Positions 62,227 through 63,959 of a stretch of DNA of 63,959 nt are shown here, one piece after another. The notes beneath the pieces are model-generated. The model saw only the letters and a list, made by a program, of their open reading frames with translations, did no database searches and was not told the origin of the DNA. A program made the position numbers and the translations under genes. Origin of the DNA: Octopus sinensis (Eukaryota); contig NC_043016.1 of the NCBI RefSeq assembly GCF_006345805.1, positions 11,408,001-11,471,959 on the forward strand, read 5' to 3'. How positions within the stretch are numbered: the stretch's first letter is position 1; the number at the start of each line of letters is the position of its first letter.

Positions 62227-62544
62227 CCTTTCCAGAGGAGGCATAAGGCCTGAAATTTGTGGGGTGGGAGTGAGTCGATTCCATCGACTCCAGTGTTTCA
62301 CTGGTACTTAATTTATCGATCCCGAAAGGATGAAAGGCAAAGATGACTTCGGCGGAAATAATCCTTTCTATAATAGGCACAAGGCCTGAAATTTGGAGGC
62401 GGGGGGGGGGATTGTTGATTACATTGACTCCAGTACTCGACTGGTACTTATTTTATCGATCCCGAGAAGATGAAAGTCAAAGTCGACCTCGGTGAATAAT
62501 AAATTTAATACGAACCACTAACAATATCGAACATTTGATTGCTG

Positions 62545-62735
62545 GAATGTCTTTTTAGCTTGTAGGAGAGGATTCACGTCAACGAGTCATGTCCAGCTAG
62601 ACTGCTAACCGTATAATATCGTCCATAGAAGAAGGGATACTACAATGTGTTATACCACAGAAACCTCATGGCAGAGACTCCTTCCCACGCATTCCAGAAG
62701 ACCATTATTAAAATCCTCCCTCAGTTCCTATCAAT
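62545..62735. repeat. Dispersed repeat, candidate LTR
   Basis: Same orientation as, and homologous to, 58845-59050. Confidence 0.45.
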
Positions 62736-62763
62736 AAAAACCCGTAGCGCATTTCAGAATAAA

Positions 62764-63154
62764 TCTTTATATATAAAAGTCAAGTTGTGTGTCTGTCTCC
62801 TACGATTTAGATTCCAACTACTCCCACATTTTGCGTGCAGTTTAACCAAAACCGAGTATCTTATAGTCGTGATTCATATCGAGCCTTTCTGGTATTAGCG
62901 CGCGTCTACGATGAGTCTACGATTAAAAAAAAAATTACCATCATTTTTTTCCATTTTAATGCATTTTTCGCTATTATATAAGGGAAGTAACTCTCTAAAA
63001 ATGTCTACGATGAGTCAATGATTTAAAAAAAATTTACTATCATTTTTTCCCCATTTTTAATGCATTTTTTGCTACTTTTTGGCTATGACTCTCTAAAAAT
63101 GCTCATATAGTTATTTCCCTTACAAACCCGAGCAACGCCGGGCGATACTGCTAG
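62764..63154 (+). mobile_element. Non-autonomous Helitron
   Basis: A|TC 5' end; CCCGAGCAACGCCGGG hairpin; CTAG|T; near-identical to 25736-26120. Confidence 0.92.
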
Positions 63155-63455
63155 TATCACAAGTTCTTTACGTTTTGAGGTCGACTTTCAATTTCTTCCT
63201 TCGGTGAGGTTCGTAAAAAAAGTACATTATTAGTCAAATGCTAGAGTCTCTATTTGATCAACTAACTCCACACAGCCCACAGCATTTCTAACCTTTTGTC
63301 TAAGTAAGAAATTGTTATTATTACATAACGATTTGGATTCGCAAAGATTCCCTTGAAACTATAAACAAAACACATGTTTTCCGTTGAAATTCCACCTGCG
63401 CTTTCTTTGCTTATTTTCATACTTCCGGGTTCGATGTATCAATATACTAGGAGTT

Positions 63456-63683
63456 CTCTCTTTACTCTTTTACTTGTTTCAGTCATTTGACTGCGGCCAT
63501 GCTGGAGCACCGCCTTTAGTCGAGCAAAAATCGACCCCAGGACTTATTCTTTGTAAGCCTAGTGCTTATTCTATCGGTCTCTTTTTGTCGAACCGCTAAG
63601 TGACGGGCACGTAAACACACCAGCATCGGTTGTCAAGCAATGCTAGGGGTACAAACACAGACACACAAACAATATATCACACA

Positions 63684-63753
<70 letters not shown>

Positions 63754-63941
63754 ATATATATATCATATATATATACATATATATATATACGACGGCTTCT
63801 TTCAGTTTCCGCCTACCAAATCCACTAACAAGGCTTTGGTCGGCCCGAAGGCTATAGTAGAAGACACTTGCCCAAGGTGCCACGCAGTAGGACTGAACCC
63901 TGAACCAAGCGGTTGGTAAACAAGCTACTTACCACACAGCC
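63456..63941 (-). mobile_element. SINE-A
   Basis: Full-length reverse copy with (TA)n centre. Confidence 0.9.
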
Positions 63942-63959
63942 TTTTTTTTTTTGCCTATG

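Overview
AT-rich, microsatellite-dense eukaryotic DNA that is almost entirely transposon-derived. The SINE and LINE families look like those of octopus/cephalopods (inference from pattern recognition, not a database match). No complete host gene, true tRNA/rRNA or CRISPR array is supported. The window holds dozens of tRNA-headed SINEs (working names SINE-A, SINE-B/B2, SINE-D), RTE LINE 3' fragments, a young 5'-truncated Tx1/L1-clade LINE inside a (GATA)n array, Helitrons (non-autonomous copies plus a helicase remnant), mariner/pogo/hAT MITEs, a heavily nested gag-PR-RT-RNaseH retrotransposon relic (14.1-18.3 kb) and a Gypsy integrase relic (59-61 kb). The most interesting signals are: (1) (TA)n-inserted fold-back elements carrying minimal hammerhead ribozymes with a CCGACGA core; (2) 3'-tail homology between SINE-B and the Tx1-like LINE; (3) possible (GATA)n targeting by that LINE; (4) fixed-junction SINE-B multimers; (5) a perfect palindrome with 121-bp arms; (6) a ~4.7-kb TE-free island that may be a gene 5' region. 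SINE boundaries are approximate (about +/-10 bp) unless a TSD is given.
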